From contig CAXXNF010000002.1 of assembly GCA_963666365.2 (NCBI GenBank), positions 1,024,001 to 1,088,000 on the forward strand: DNA of 64,000 nucleotides. Direction: 5' to 3'. The translations under genes were made by a program, and so were the position numbers. Below are positions 41,201 to 49,721 of this stretch, in pieces (position 1 is the stretch's first letter; the number at the start of each line of letters is the position of its first letter). Under the pieces are notes generated by a model that saw only the letters and a program-made list of their open reading frames with translations, did no database searches and was not told the DNA's origin. This stretch comes from Syntrophales bacterium. Lineage in GTDB: Bacteria > Desulfobacterota > Syntrophia > Syntrophales > UBA2210.

Positions 41201-44010
41201 CGGAGAATTGCGTCGGAGCTGAAAAATGCCTCATAGGGGAGACAGATGAGGGTAAATACACTCTGGCCAAGGCTCCTGCCGCTCCCCCGCAAAGCGGCAC
41301 GCACATGCTGACTGGGAAGGACATTGCCCGGCTTCTGAAAAAGATCCAGGAATGAGATAATCAGGGAAGGGATCAGGAGGACCCCCATCACCGACAGGGT
41401 CCAGAACCAGGGTGTGGGCAAAACCGTCCAACCCAGAAAGAGCAGCAGGGTCAACGCCAAAGGCGAGAGGCTGCGCCGCAGGTTGTCGAAAAGCTTCCAC
41501 CGGGAAAGCGGTGAGAGGGAATTCTTCTGAAATCGTGCATCCAGGCCGGGGACCCACGGAAGCACCCATCTGAGAATCTGCCAGTCCCCGCGAATCCAGC
41601 GGTGCCGTCGGCTTACGTCTGCGCTGTAGCGAGAGGGGTACTCCTCATATAGCTGCACATCGCTCAAAAAACCTGACCGTGCATAGCACCCTTCGATGAG
41701 GTCGTGACTTAAGATCCGGTTCTCAGGGAAGCGTCCCTTGAGGGCTCGCTCGAACGCATCAATCTCATAGATGCCCTTGCCGATAAAAGAACCTTCTCCG
41801 AAGAGGTCCTGGTATACATCCGAGATAACACGGGTATAGGGATCTATGCCTGCATCACTTCCCCACATGCGGGCATATCGTGACTTGTTCGTCCCCGGCA
41901 AACTGACGGCCACGCGGGGCTGAAGGATGCCGTACCCTGACGAGACACGACCCTTTTTTCCATCATAGTGCGGACAATTCAGCGGGTGTGCCATGGCTCC
42001 CACAAGCTGCCATGCCGCATCACGGGGGAGCTGTGTATCAGTGTCAAGAGTAATGACGTATTTCACCTTCTCTAATGCTTCCGTATTGCCGACTATGAGT
42101 GAGAAGGACTCTCTTCCGTCCCCACGGAGAAAAGAATTCAGCGCCGCAAGCTTTCCCCGCTTACGTTCATAACCCATCCAGACATGGTCCAGGAGATTGA
42201 AGCGGCGTGGACGATGGAAAAGGAAAAAGGGGTCGTTTTTTGAAGTTCTGTATTTTTCATTAAGCGCTTCGATTCTTCGCCGGGCCGTCAACAACAGCAG
42301 TGCATCATCGGGCAGTGTTTCCTCGCCGGCGTCCCGAAAATCAGTGATCAGGGCAAAACGAAGGTTTTCGTCTCTATTTGCGAGAAACCTGATCTCCAGC
42401 GCATCCATCAAATGCTCGATGTTTTCAGTGTCGCTGAGCATAGTAGGAACCACGACCAGAGTAAGCGATTCCGGAGGAATCCCTTTGGAAAAGTCCATTC
42501 TGGGGAGGGGGCGGGGTGTCACAAGTCGCGTTGTAAGCCAGTTCGTCAGAGCTATCGATAGCTGGCTTACACAGAGAAGCGAGAGTATGCCGATAAGCCA
42601 CAGCCAGGGGCCGTGCAACCCACTGGAATGGGCCTCTGCAAGCAACCACCCGGTAAAGATTACCGTCATCATACAGATCGTGCCAAGATAGAAGGACAGA
42701 GGAAATCGGTGAATTGCCCTTTGGACCCTCTCTGTGGAAGATACATGCACGCCGGCAAGCCCTTCGAGCTGAATCAGCCCCTTGTCCAGAAGGTAGAAGC
42801 CGACATGTTTTGCCCGATTATCGTCGTCATCCATGCTGCCTGCGCTCTCCCCGGCAAGGCGGATCGCCTCGCGTGCCACTTCGTCTTCGGATAATCGGCT
42901 GCTCTTCGCTATCTTCTCCACGACGTGACGGTATTGATCACGAGTCGCAAAATCCATTTTACCGTACACATCACTGGGGTCCTCGCAGAGAGTTTTTTCG
43001 ACAGCACTCATGGTTTCGACGAATTTACGCCAGTCCATGGCGCCCAGGAAACGGAGGCTGCCGATGCTGTTGCTTATGGAAAGCTGATCCGCCGCCTGTT
43101 GCTGGTTTTCCGACTGCACTAATTGTTCAATCGTCAGGCTTGACTCGGACAGTTGCTGCTCAATCCAGGTGAGCGGTAATGCGAGAGCAGAACCTCGGCC
43201 CTTCAGACGGCGCGTAAGCTCTGCAACAAAGGAACTGACCATGGGAGGCTTTGAGCGTGCCATGTCGGCGATGACCAGAATTAAATCCTTCGGGTTTTTC
43301 CCGGCGGTCTCAGTAATCCGGTCCCCCCAATAATCGGCATGGTTACGGTCGATCCTGCGGGCAGCAATCCGCGTTGCAATGCGCCGGAGATTCTCGATCA
43401 GTGCCAGGCGCAGCATGATGGGGATAGCCCATAATTCACCCAGTTGCAGCACGGTGACTGTCTGATAGGCTGCGACGAAATTGGTGAGACTCTCAGTATC
43501 CACCCAGCCATCGCCGTGAGAGATCGTCTCCAATGCAATGTCGTACACACGTGGAATCCCTTTTGAGGGATTCTTTTTCAAGCGGGGCAGCCCCCTGCTG
43601 TATCCCTTTGGCAGGTGTCTCTTGGCAGTGAGAATTTGTTCTTCCACGAGATAGAAGTTATCAAGGAGCCATTCTCCTGCAGGTGTAATCCTCCGGTTCC
43701 CTTTAACGGCCTCTTGGAGCAGGTCGCGAACTTCATGGAGGACGCCTTCATTCTCACTGAGCCGCGTCAGCAGTTGTTCGCGCGTATGGCCTGAGCTCAA
43801 AGTGTGGGCTTCGGCAAGGGCCTTGCCGTGGTGCTCCATCCGGGAGGCGCTGAACAACTCCGCTCGGAGGGGCGGCTCGTCGCCGGTGGGTATGCGCGCG
43901 GGACTCTTTCCACGGAGGCGCGCACGCAATTGGTGAAGGCCCCCGTTAATGGTTTCCAGGTTTATCATTTTCATCTGTATCAGTGGTGACGATTTGCCAA
44001 TACGACTCAT
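35233..44010 (-). CDS. ndvB: Cyclic beta-1,2-glucan synthase (NdvB/ChvB-like, glycosyltransferase plus GH94 phosphorylase)
   Basis: About 2900 aa; WLLDNFY, ITLDTDT, LSHDL, RHRWIRGDWQ, YDLLASEAR, GAFGFRDQLQD, GDWNDG, ENGGQYTH; exact start uncertain. Confidence 0.9.
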   Translation of the reverse strand: MSRIGKSSPLIQMKMINLETINGGLHQLRARLRGKSPARIPTGDEPPLRAELFSASRMEHHGKALAEAHTLSSGHTREQLLTRLSENEGVLHEVRDLLQEAVKGNRRITPAGEWLLDNFYLVEEQILTAKRHLPKGYSRGLPRLKKNPSKGIPRVYDIALETISHGDGWVDTESLTNFVAAYQTVTVLQLGELWAIPIMLRLALIENLRRIATRIAARRIDRNHADYWGDRITETAGKNPKDLILVIADMARSKPPMVSSFVAELTRRLKGRGSALALPLTWIEQQLSESSLTIEQLVQSENQQQAADQLSISNSIGSLRFLGAMDWRKFVETMSAVEKTLCEDPSDVYGKMDFATRDQYRHVVEKIAKSSRLSEDEVAREAIRLAGESAGSMDDDDNRAKHVGFYLLDKGLIQLEGLAGVHVSSTERVQRAIHRFPLSFYLGTICMMTVIFTGWLLAEAHSSGLHGPWLWLIGILSLLCVSQLSIALTNWLTTRLVTPRPLPRMDFSKGIPPESLTLVVVPTMLSDTENIEHLMDALEIRFLANRDENLRFALITDFRDAGEETLPDDALLLLTARRRIEALNEKYRTSKNDPFFLFHRPRRFNLLDHVWMGYERKRGKLAALNSFLRGDGRESFSLIVGNTEALEKVKYVITLDTDTQLPRDAAWQLVGAMAHPLNCPHYDGKKGRVSSGYGILQPRVAVSLPGTNKSRYARMWGSDAGIDPYTRVISDVYQDLFGEGSFIGKGIYEIDAFERALKGRFPENRILSHDLIEGCYARSGFLSDVQLYEEYPSRYSADVSRRHRWIRGDWQILRWVLPWVPGLDARFQKNSLSPLSRWKLFDNLRRSLSPLALTLLLFLGWTVLPTPWFWTLSVMGVLLIPSLIISFLDLFQKPGNVLPSQHVRAALRGSGRSLGQSVFTLICLPYEAFFSSDAILRTLWRMLVGNKRLLEWNPSGDSDRSRRKGLAGTCRTMWISPVIAVATATDLALSRPETLAVALPVLCLWIISPLIAWWISEPLTSREARLSSDQITFLRKISRKTWSFFEAFVGPEDHWLPPDNFQEHPLAKIGHRTSPTNMGLALLANLSAWDFGYISAGQLLDRTASAFRSMAAMERHKGHFYNWYDTESLKPLLPMYVSTVDSGNLAAHLLTLRAGLTSLPDEKIMGSKVFDGLLDTLRVLMDVAGETAPVRLIQLQDDLASLCVSQPATLEVAQASLSNLATSALEMVQGFYVVDADPESQAAWWARAFVGQCRAALDELTFLAPWTVCPFSRKAQDNIPILGEMPTLRTLADIDNEFLTEAAEPRDGSPEEQRQLDEFRGAITEARIRARARIGVIEDLVSQSGELARSEYDFLYDETRHLLAIGYSVSENRRDASYYDLLASEARLSSFVAIAQGQLPQESWFALGRLLTSIAGEPILLSWSGSMFEYLMPLLVMPTYEHTLLDETYKAAVARQIEYGKKRGVPWGVSESGHNTIDGHLNYQYGPFGVPGLGLKRGLAGDLVVAPYASTLALMVAPEEACLNLEELSAQGFEGKYGFYEAIDYTPSHLPRGQSSAVVRSFMAHHQGMSLLALASLLLNRPMQRRFESDPSFQAIMLLLQERVPKATAFYSHTTDLADVHTVLNALEEMPIRVYARPDTPMPEVQLLSNGRYHVMITHAGGGYSHWKELAVTRWREDSTCDNWGTFCYIRDPATGAFWSTAYQPTLKASMQYEAIFSEGRAEFRRRDQDFDTHTEIAVSSEDDIELRRITITNQAQTSRTIELTSYVEVVLAPLAQEVLHPAFSNLFVQTEIISERSAILCTRRPRSLEEQAPWMLHLMAVHGAKIGEVTYETDRMRFIGRGNTIADPEAMNGSTRLSGSEGSVLDPIAAIRYHITLDPEKSATIIVVTGITETRDACMDLVGKYQDRHIAERVFDLAWTHSQVLLQQINATEADAQLYGRLAASIIYANSSLRAGPGTLSKNRRGQSGLWGYSISGDLPIVLLQIEDPANINLVRQLVQAHAYWRLKGLAVDLVIWNEDHAGYRQLLHDQIMGLIAAGTEANVTDRPGGIFVRTSDQISKEDRVMFQAVARVIITDRRGTLADQFKQQGLTEGMVPAPVPPRTTRGDVPAIAAQPRKDLIFGNGLGGFTPDGREYVISTARGQVTPAPWVNVIANRFFGTVVSESGCAYTWSENAHEFRLTPWHNDPVSDSRGEALYIRDEERGHYWSPMPLPSRGPTPYVTRHGFGYSVFEHTERGISTEVWVYVALDAAVKFTVLKVRNQSGRSRQLSATGYAEWVLGDLRPKSAMHVITEINPRSGALFARNPYHAEFGNRTAFFNVDDATRTITGDRTEFLGRNGTLANPAAMARSKLSGKVGAALDPCGALQVAFELAEGEEREIVFTLGAGRDADDAVNLAYRFRGPAAAREALEAVWEYWNHTLGAVQVATPDQSINVLANGWLLYQTLACRLWGRSGYYQSGGAFGFRDQLQDVMALIHTEPRLVREHLLLSASRQFPEGDVQHWWHPPSGRGVRTHCSDDFLWLPLATYRYVLISGDKGVLDEPVHFIKGRPVNADEDSYYDLPGSSEETASLYDHCVRAILRGLRFGEHGLPLIGSGDWNDGMNMVGKDGKGESVWLAFFLYEVLMRFIEIARMHGDPSFAERCEKEAGNLRRNIEKNGWDGEWYLRAFFDDGTPLGSAVNPECRVDSIAQSWSVLSGAGSLTRSQRAMDAVDRHLVRRDYKLIQLLDPPFDKSDLDPGYIKGYVPGVRENGGQYTHGAIWAAMAFAAMGDSRRSWELLTMINPVNHGGSAKGMGTYKVEPYVVAADVYAVPPHMGRGGWTWYTGAAGWMYRLIVESLLGLKLEVDTLHIEPCLPADWEGYTMHYRYRETIYHIKIVQGQVGKDERSMTLDGVVQREHTIPLVDDHSEHFVEVIVAPIRLSPV

Positions 44011-44034
44011 CCAGCCGTTATTCAGAAATTTTAC

Positions 44035-44050
44035 TTCAATCTTCATGCCA
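44035..44050 (-). promoter_or_regulatory. Sigma54 promoter of the glucan synthase
   Basis: TGGCATGAAGATTGAA; near-identical to 59762..59777. Confidence 0.7.
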
Positions 44051-44149
44051 GTTTTTTAACGCTCGTCATCATGGCTTCATTGGTCTGTTTTTTCAGGATT
44101 AATCGGCAGAACGAAACGTACGAGGAACCCATTGGCGACCCATTAAAAA

Positions 44150-44180
44150 GGTCATATGCACCCAGTGGTCATATATGGCC
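44150..44180. promoter_or_regulatory. Tandem enhancer (UAS) palindromes
   Basis: GGTCATATGCACCC and GGTCATATATGGCC, starts 17 bp apart. Confidence 0.65.
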
Positions 44181-44245
44181 CTTTTTGCGTTTTTCTACGC
44201 GCTGGAGGCAGTGAAGATACACGCGGCTTGAAATCGGAATGAGAT

Positions 44246-45664
44246 TTACGGTTTGTGGATATTGAGTTTGCGCATGCGGGCGCGCAAGGTGCTGCGGTCG
44301 AGGCCCAGGATTTCAGCCGCACTGTTTTTACCGCTTACTTTCCAGTCGGTCTGTTCAAGCACTTGCCTGATATAGTCTCGTTCGACATTCTCCAGGGTTT
44401 GTACGGATTTTGCGAGATTCTTGTACGGCTTTTTCAGTTCATCCACCAACCGCAGCTTGGGGCCCGAGGAGTTGATCACCGCACGTTCGAGTACATTTTC
44501 CAGTTCGCGCACATTGCCGGGCCAATGGTACTGTTGCAGTGCGTCCATCACGCCCACCGGAACCGTCTTGGTGTCTTTACCCAGTCTTCGTGAAATCCGG
44601 TTAATATAAAAATTGACCAGCAACGGTATGTCGTCCAGACGATCGCGCAGGGGCGGCATGGTTATCGGAAAGATATTCAGCCGGTACCACAAATCCTCCC
44701 GGAAAACGCCTTTTTGGACATCGGCTTGCAAATCGCGGTTGGTGGCGGCAATGATGCGCACATCCACTTTTCTGGTTTCCGAACTGCCCAGGCGTTCGAA
44801 CTCTCCGTCTTCTATCACCCGGAGCAGCTTGGGTTGCAGTTCCAGTGGCAATTCGCCGATTTCGTCCAAAAAAAGGGTTGCGCCGTCGGCAACTTCAAAG
44901 CGACCCAGCCGCCTGGATTGCGCTCCTGTGAAGGCGCCTTTCTCATGGCCGAAGAGTTCGCTTTCAATCAGGTTCGATGGCAGGGCGGCGCAATTTATTT
45001 TGACCAGGGCGCGATGCTTGCGCAGGCTTGTGCTATGGACGGCACGGGCAATCAATTCCTTGCCGGTTCCGGTTTCTCCGAGAATCAACACATTGTTGTC
45101 GGTGTCGGCGATTTGTTCCACCTTGAAAAACACATAATTGATGGCATCGCTCTTTCCGACGATGTTCTCGTGGTTGTAGACCAGTTTGATTTCTTCCTGA
45201 AGATAGGCTCTCTCGGCTTCGAGCTGCTCCTTGAGTGTTTTGATTTCGGCCGTTCGTTTTTCAACCAGCTCCTCAAGGTGCTTTTTGTAATATTCGCGCT
45301 CGGTCACATCCTCAATGGCCAATAGAATCAATCGGGTTTGGTTGCCTTGGTCGTAGATCCGCCGGGCATTCAGGTGCATGACTTTGCGGCCGATAGTTTC
45401 AAAGTCATGTTCCACCTCAAAATCGTGAAAATCGGTATTTTGAGGAAGGATATCTTCCAGCAGTTTTCTTAAGTCGGGGATGTCCCATTGCCGGTTGCCC
45501 AGATCGTATATCAGCGCGCCCTCGGTTTCGGCGGGCTTGACATTAAATGTCCGGTAAAAAGAAGTATTGGCCGTTACGACTTTCAAGTCCGAATCCAGAA
45601 GGATCAAGGGTTCGCGAATCGACCCAAGGATGCTGTTGTGAATATCCAGAAAGTTCTTGTTCAT
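44246..45664 (-). CDS. PAS-domain sigma54-dependent activator (bEBP)
   Basis: N-terminal PAS-like region, GETGTGKE, GAFTGA, LFLDE, WPGNVREL, Fis-type HTH. Confidence 0.93.
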   Translation of the reverse strand: MNKNFLDIHNSILGSIREPLILLDSDLKVVTANTSFYRTFNVKPAETEGALIYDLGNRQWDIPDLRKLLEDILPQNTDFHDFEVEHDFETIGRKVMHLNARRIYDQGNQTRLILLAIEDVTEREYYKKHLEELVEKRTAEIKTLKEQLEAERAYLQEEIKLVYNHENIVGKSDAINYVFFKVEQIADTDNNVLILGETGTGKELIARAVHSTSLRKHRALVKINCAALPSNLIESELFGHEKGAFTGAQSRRLGRFEVADGATLFLDEIGELPLELQPKLLRVIEDGEFERLGSSETRKVDVRIIAATNRDLQADVQKGVFREDLWYRLNIFPITMPPLRDRLDDIPLLVNFYINRISRRLGKDTKTVPVGVMDALQQYHWPGNVRELENVLERAVINSSGPKLRLVDELKKPYKNLAKSVQTLENVERDYIRQVLEQTDWKVSGKNSAAEILGLDRSTLRARMRKLNIHKP

Positions 45665-45779
45665 TTGGTGATTCCATGTGAGTTGAGGTAAGGTCTCAAA
45701 CTGCTGTTACACTAACATATAATTCGGACGGCATCAATTTTTTTGGCGAAAAGGAACAGCATGGCCAGTCTTGATGTAC

Positions 45780-45871
45780 CCCCATTCATCCCGACCGCAG
45801 ACGGTCGGGATGAATGGGGCCGCGCCTATCGCCGCGTGCCGCCGCCTGTGGCGGATGAACACGCGGCCCCA
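45780..45871. repeat. Cluster of nested GC-rich palindromes
   Basis: CCCCATTCATCCCGACCG-CAGA-CGGTCGGGATGAATGGGG; GGGGCCGCG...CGCGGCCCC; CCGCCTGTGGCGG. Confidence 0.7.
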
Positions 45872-47198
45872 ATAAGCGGAGGCGCTCGAGTCAATTGATT
45901 TTTCATTGTCTTACTCCCTTGCTTTTTCGTTTCCCGCTGTTTCACGCCGGGCACGTGTTATGAAACTGCGGCCTTCCGGAAAAGGTTCATGAAAGGGAAC
46001 CTCCGCTTTTCTCCGGTCGCTCGGCGCATCAGACGATAAACTTTCTGTTCTGTTGCTCGGAATAAACCCGTGCCGGGGGCATTTGTCTCCGCACGCCGGG
46101 CGTGTGGGCCTATTGTGCAATTATTTCAAAAAGAACCCGCATGTTCGCCTTTGCTTCCTTTGAGTATATGTTCTCCGGAATGGGCTCATACATGGCCGGC
46201 CGCTTCTCGCCATATCCGACTCTGGTCAGTTGTTTTGCCGGACTCAGTCCTTCATTTGCGAGGTAGTCATAGACAGCCTTTGCTCGTCTTTCGCTCAACT
46301 TCTGGTTGTATTCTTCAGTGCCTTTAGCAGAGGTATATCCGGCTATACGGATTGTGGCTTTTGGGTTGTCTTCCAGAAGCTGGATCCTCCTTTTCAGTTT
46401 CGCCTGCGCTTCTTTTGTAAGGGTGGACTTATCGAAATCAAAATGTACGTCCTCAAACGCAAGGACAACTATCTTTCTTTCAGCCGGCGACTCATCCGCA
46501 ATGGTCTTTACCATCTCTTCGACCTTCGGTTCGGTCATGGGGACAAGGACTATTGCCTTTTCTTCAACTTTGGCACCAGATTTAGGTTCATACTTTATGC
46601 CCTGGGCCTTTGCTGGCTTTGCCTTGCCGCCGAACGAAAAGACGATTCCGAAGGTAGCTACAAGATTGTGGAAGGTCTCATCAAAAACCATATTATCCCT
46701 GAGATCCAGTCTTAAGCCGAAATTGTCGGTCAACCAGTATTTCGCGCCTACGCCAAAACTAACAAACGCCATGTCATGGTCGTTTATCTTCGGATCATAG
46801 TGGGCGAATCCATAACCGGCAGCAACGAAGGGGTTAAATTTTTTCTCGGGCATAAAGTGATAGAGAAGATCGAGATGATAAAAGGTAATATCAAATACAG
46901 GATTAGTCCCGAGTCGAGGAACGAGCGCTCGGAACTAATCCATGGTTCAAGAAGCCGCGGGCTATAGGGGAAAAGGTTCGATAATCCTGGGATGGTTTTG
47001 AAGATTGAATCAGGTAAAAGACCGGAAGAAGATCTTTGAAAACATGGTCAATCGAAAGTAAAGGGATTCATCGTCATGAGAAATCCTGATTAAAAGGGTT
47101 AAAAGCCTGCCTTTGGGCAGACGGGTGCTATAGAGCATTCCCTAGTATAGATCATCTCTCGTGGCCTGAAAAAAATCATTGTCTTGCAGATATATTTT

Positions 47199-48293
47199 CT
47201 ATCCCGAAGGACCCCATCGGGGCATAGGACTTACAAAGGCAATAAACCTTAACGCCTGTCCACAGCAGGGACATTTAATCCCTTCCCCTTTATGTTCGGG
47301 TGTGTTGGGTAAGAGATCACGGATGACATCGTGGATTAATGAAATGAGTTCACGCAGCTGTTCGATTGAGAAGGAACTGTTTGAATTGAGAAAGCCGTAG
47401 TATCGTATTTTCATAAGCCCTTTCGGCAGGACATGCTGAAGAAATCTTCGGATAAACTCCACGGCATCAAGCTTCATGGTTTTCCATGTCTTCTTCCGAC
47501 GATCTTTATATCGAAATGTAATGACGCCGTTTTCAATATTTTTAATGCGGTTATTAGAGATGGCGACGCGGAAGACATACCGTGAAAGGTAGCGCAGAGA
47601 GTTTTGCCCCGTTCCCACGGCCTGACTATCGACAACCCATTGTTGCGTCCAGAGGTCGGGATGAATGGTATCAAAGAGTCTGGCCTTTTTCATTGCATCC
47701 CGGAACTTGGCCCGAAAGATGATTGCCAGGGGTTGTGTGTGCACAAAGAGATCTTGTCTTGAGGATACCCATTGATCTCCTTTTTCGGATACTGCGCCGC
47801 CCGGAATAACCAGATGGAGATGAGGGTGATACTGAAGCATGTTTCCCCAGGTATGGAGCACGGCCAGATAACCGATTCGTGTTGAGCCGACAAACCGCTT
47901 GTCTTTCGCTAATTTCCTTAGCGCTGCATGAGCGCATGAGAACATGGCCGCATAAACGATCTTTTGATGGGATCTGGCAACTTCCCGAAGGCCTTGCGGC
48001 AGCGTTATGGTTAAGAGGAAATAATGGGTGGGCAAAAGCTGTTCCATCTGTTTGTGAAGCCATTGATCCCTTTTATCATGCTGACAGTTCGGACAGTGGC
48101 GATTCCCGCAGCAACAGGGAATGGAGTGTATGGCGCCACAGTCATGACAGCCATACACAATCGTTCCGAAAGAACCACTGCGGCAATCAGTGATATCCTG
48201 CATGGCTTTTTTATGAATGTGCGGCATTCGGTCGCCATGCAGCGCCAGATAGTGCGGCCCATATATCTGGAAGATTTTTTGAATAGCGCTCAT
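47199..48293 (-). CDS. IS91-family rolling-circle (Y2) transposase
   Basis: Zn motif CHDC..CGNRHCPNC, HTWG..YHPHLH, YLSRY, RYYG. Confidence 0.92.
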   Translation of the reverse strand: MSAIQKIFQIYGPHYLALHGDRMPHIHKKAMQDITDCRSGSFGTIVYGCHDCGAIHSIPCCCGNRHCPNCQHDKRDQWLHKQMEQLLPTHYFLLTITLPQGLREVARSHQKIVYAAMFSCAHAALRKLAKDKRFVGSTRIGYLAVLHTWGNMLQYHPHLHLVIPGGAVSEKGDQWVSSRQDLFVHTQPLAIIFRAKFRDAMKKARLFDTIHPDLWTQQWVVDSQAVGTGQNSLRYLSRYVFRVAISNNRIKNIENGVITFRYKDRRKKTWKTMKLDAVEFIRRFLQHVLPKGLMKIRYYGFLNSNSSFSIEQLRELISLIHDVIRDLLPNTPEHKGEGIKCPCCGQALRFIAFVSPMPRWGPSG

Positions 48294-49165
48294 GACAACA
48301 CCCCCTGCATCACCTGTGAGACCCTAGTATGGGAATCGGTTTGGGCCTGAGTGGTCACATGCAGATACACCATGGTGCTTTGCAACGTTTTGTGGCCCAA
48401 TATTTTTTGGACATGCCGTATGGGGATATTGGCTTCCAGCAGGTGCGTTGCATAGGCATTGCGAAAGACATGGGGATGAATATGTTTTTTAAACCCCAGA
48501 CGCTTCAATGTGCGTTGCAGAACCCCTTGGACGCCGCTGTCGCTGACATGTGCATTTGCAAATTGAGCATCTTTGCCTCCGTTGTGACCCAGGGCGGGAA
48601 AGATCCATTTTGGATTGCGGTGGCTTTTATAGTACTCACGTAAAGCCAAGAGGGTGATTTTCGGTAAGGGGACTGTCCGATCCAGTGCCCCTTTCCCCGC
48701 ATGGATGTGAACCAGACCCCGATCGGAGAGAATGTCCCCGACTTGCAGCGTCGTTGCTTCCCTGAGACGAAGTCCCAGGGAATATAAGGTCAGGTAAAAG
48801 GTATGACTCTGTAACGTGGGAAGGGCATAAATGATCTTTCTCACTTCCTGAAGGCTTAAGATAGTGGGAAGCGTCTGGTCACGCTTCCACTTGATTTCAT
48901 TGAAAATGTTCCAGGACCGGACAAGCGTCCTGGTGAAAAAATGCTGGATTCCGGCGTAACTGATTCGTAACGATGCAGCGCTCCAGCCGAATTCACTTTG
49001 GCAACAAAGCCAATATTGACGCAGTTCCTCTTCGGTGATATCTTCTAGCGGCTTGTTGTAAAAGCGTTGCAAGCGCAATACGGAACTTACATACGACTGA
49101 ATACTTCTTTTTGCATAACCGGCTAACTGGAGATCCTCCTTGAAACGTTTGATCACATGGCTCAT
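48290..49165 (-). CDS. Tyrosine recombinase/integrase
   Basis: GLRLRE, GKG, HVFR, ILGH, TMVYLH; start at ATG 49165. Confidence 0.9.
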   Translation of the reverse strand: MSHVIKRFKEDLQLAGYAKRSIQSYVSSVLRLQRFYNKPLEDITEEELRQYWLCCQSEFGWSAASLRISYAGIQHFFTRTLVRSWNIFNEIKWKRDQTLPTILSLQEVRKIIYALPTLQSHTFYLTLYSLGLRLREATTLQVGDILSDRGLVHIHAGKGALDRTVPLPKITLLALREYYKSHRNPKWIFPALGHNGGKDAQFANAHVSDSGVQGVLQRTLKRLGFKKHIHPHVFRNAYATHLLEANIPIRHVQKILGHKTLQSTMVYLHVTTQAQTDSHTRVSQVMQGVLS

Positions 49166-49721
49166 GGTATCTTCCTTTCTTCTTTTAACCTTGTCGGGTA
49201 GAAGATACCGACCTGCAAGCCGGTATGAAGATACCATGACTTATTTGATCAAACAATGATGGTTGAAAATCATTAATCTGCCGCGTAGCGGCTTACTTGA
49301 ACCACATCATCAATGGGACTTGTGAACTGCCCTTCTTTGGTCCACGGTATTGCGGTGTTATCGACACTTGTTTTGATATGTTCTCCAACGACTTCAATCC
49401 CGAGATTGCGGGTAAAATTATAGCCAAACCGTCCGCCGAATATGAAATCGTCTTCCAGATTCTGGTCGCGTTCGAAGAAATTGTATCCCGCGAACGGGCT
49501 CACCTCAAAGCTTCCTGCTCTTATCTGTGAGTGGGCAGGCAAGGGCAGGAGCAAAGTAAGGGCGAACAACACCATTGCTGTTTTTATAACAGGGATCATT
49601 AAAAAATTTTTTTTCATCTGAAATCTCCTTTTTCATAATAACTGTACCTTCACTCCTATATTGTGACCTTCCCCCGTGCTTAGCAGGGGAAGGTCGCCTT
49701 TTGAACCGCATAGTGCATTCT

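Larger units (their letters stand above)
46895..49303 (-). mobile_element. IS91-family element carrying integrase plus Y2 transposase
   Basis: Removing it restores the ompA frame; no target duplication; terminal hairpins; ends ambiguous by 1 nt. Confidence 0.85.
46110..49617 (-). pseudogene. OmpA-family outer membrane protein split by an IS91-like element
   Basis: N-part ends SPIDDV near 49304 and resumes DITFYHLDLLYHFMPEKK near 46894; C-part has HFDFDKS and YNQKLSERRA. Confidence 0.88.

Noticed and set aside
44011..44046. ORF-track start of the glucan synthase at 44046
   Set aside because: That ATG lies inside the predicted sigma54 promoter
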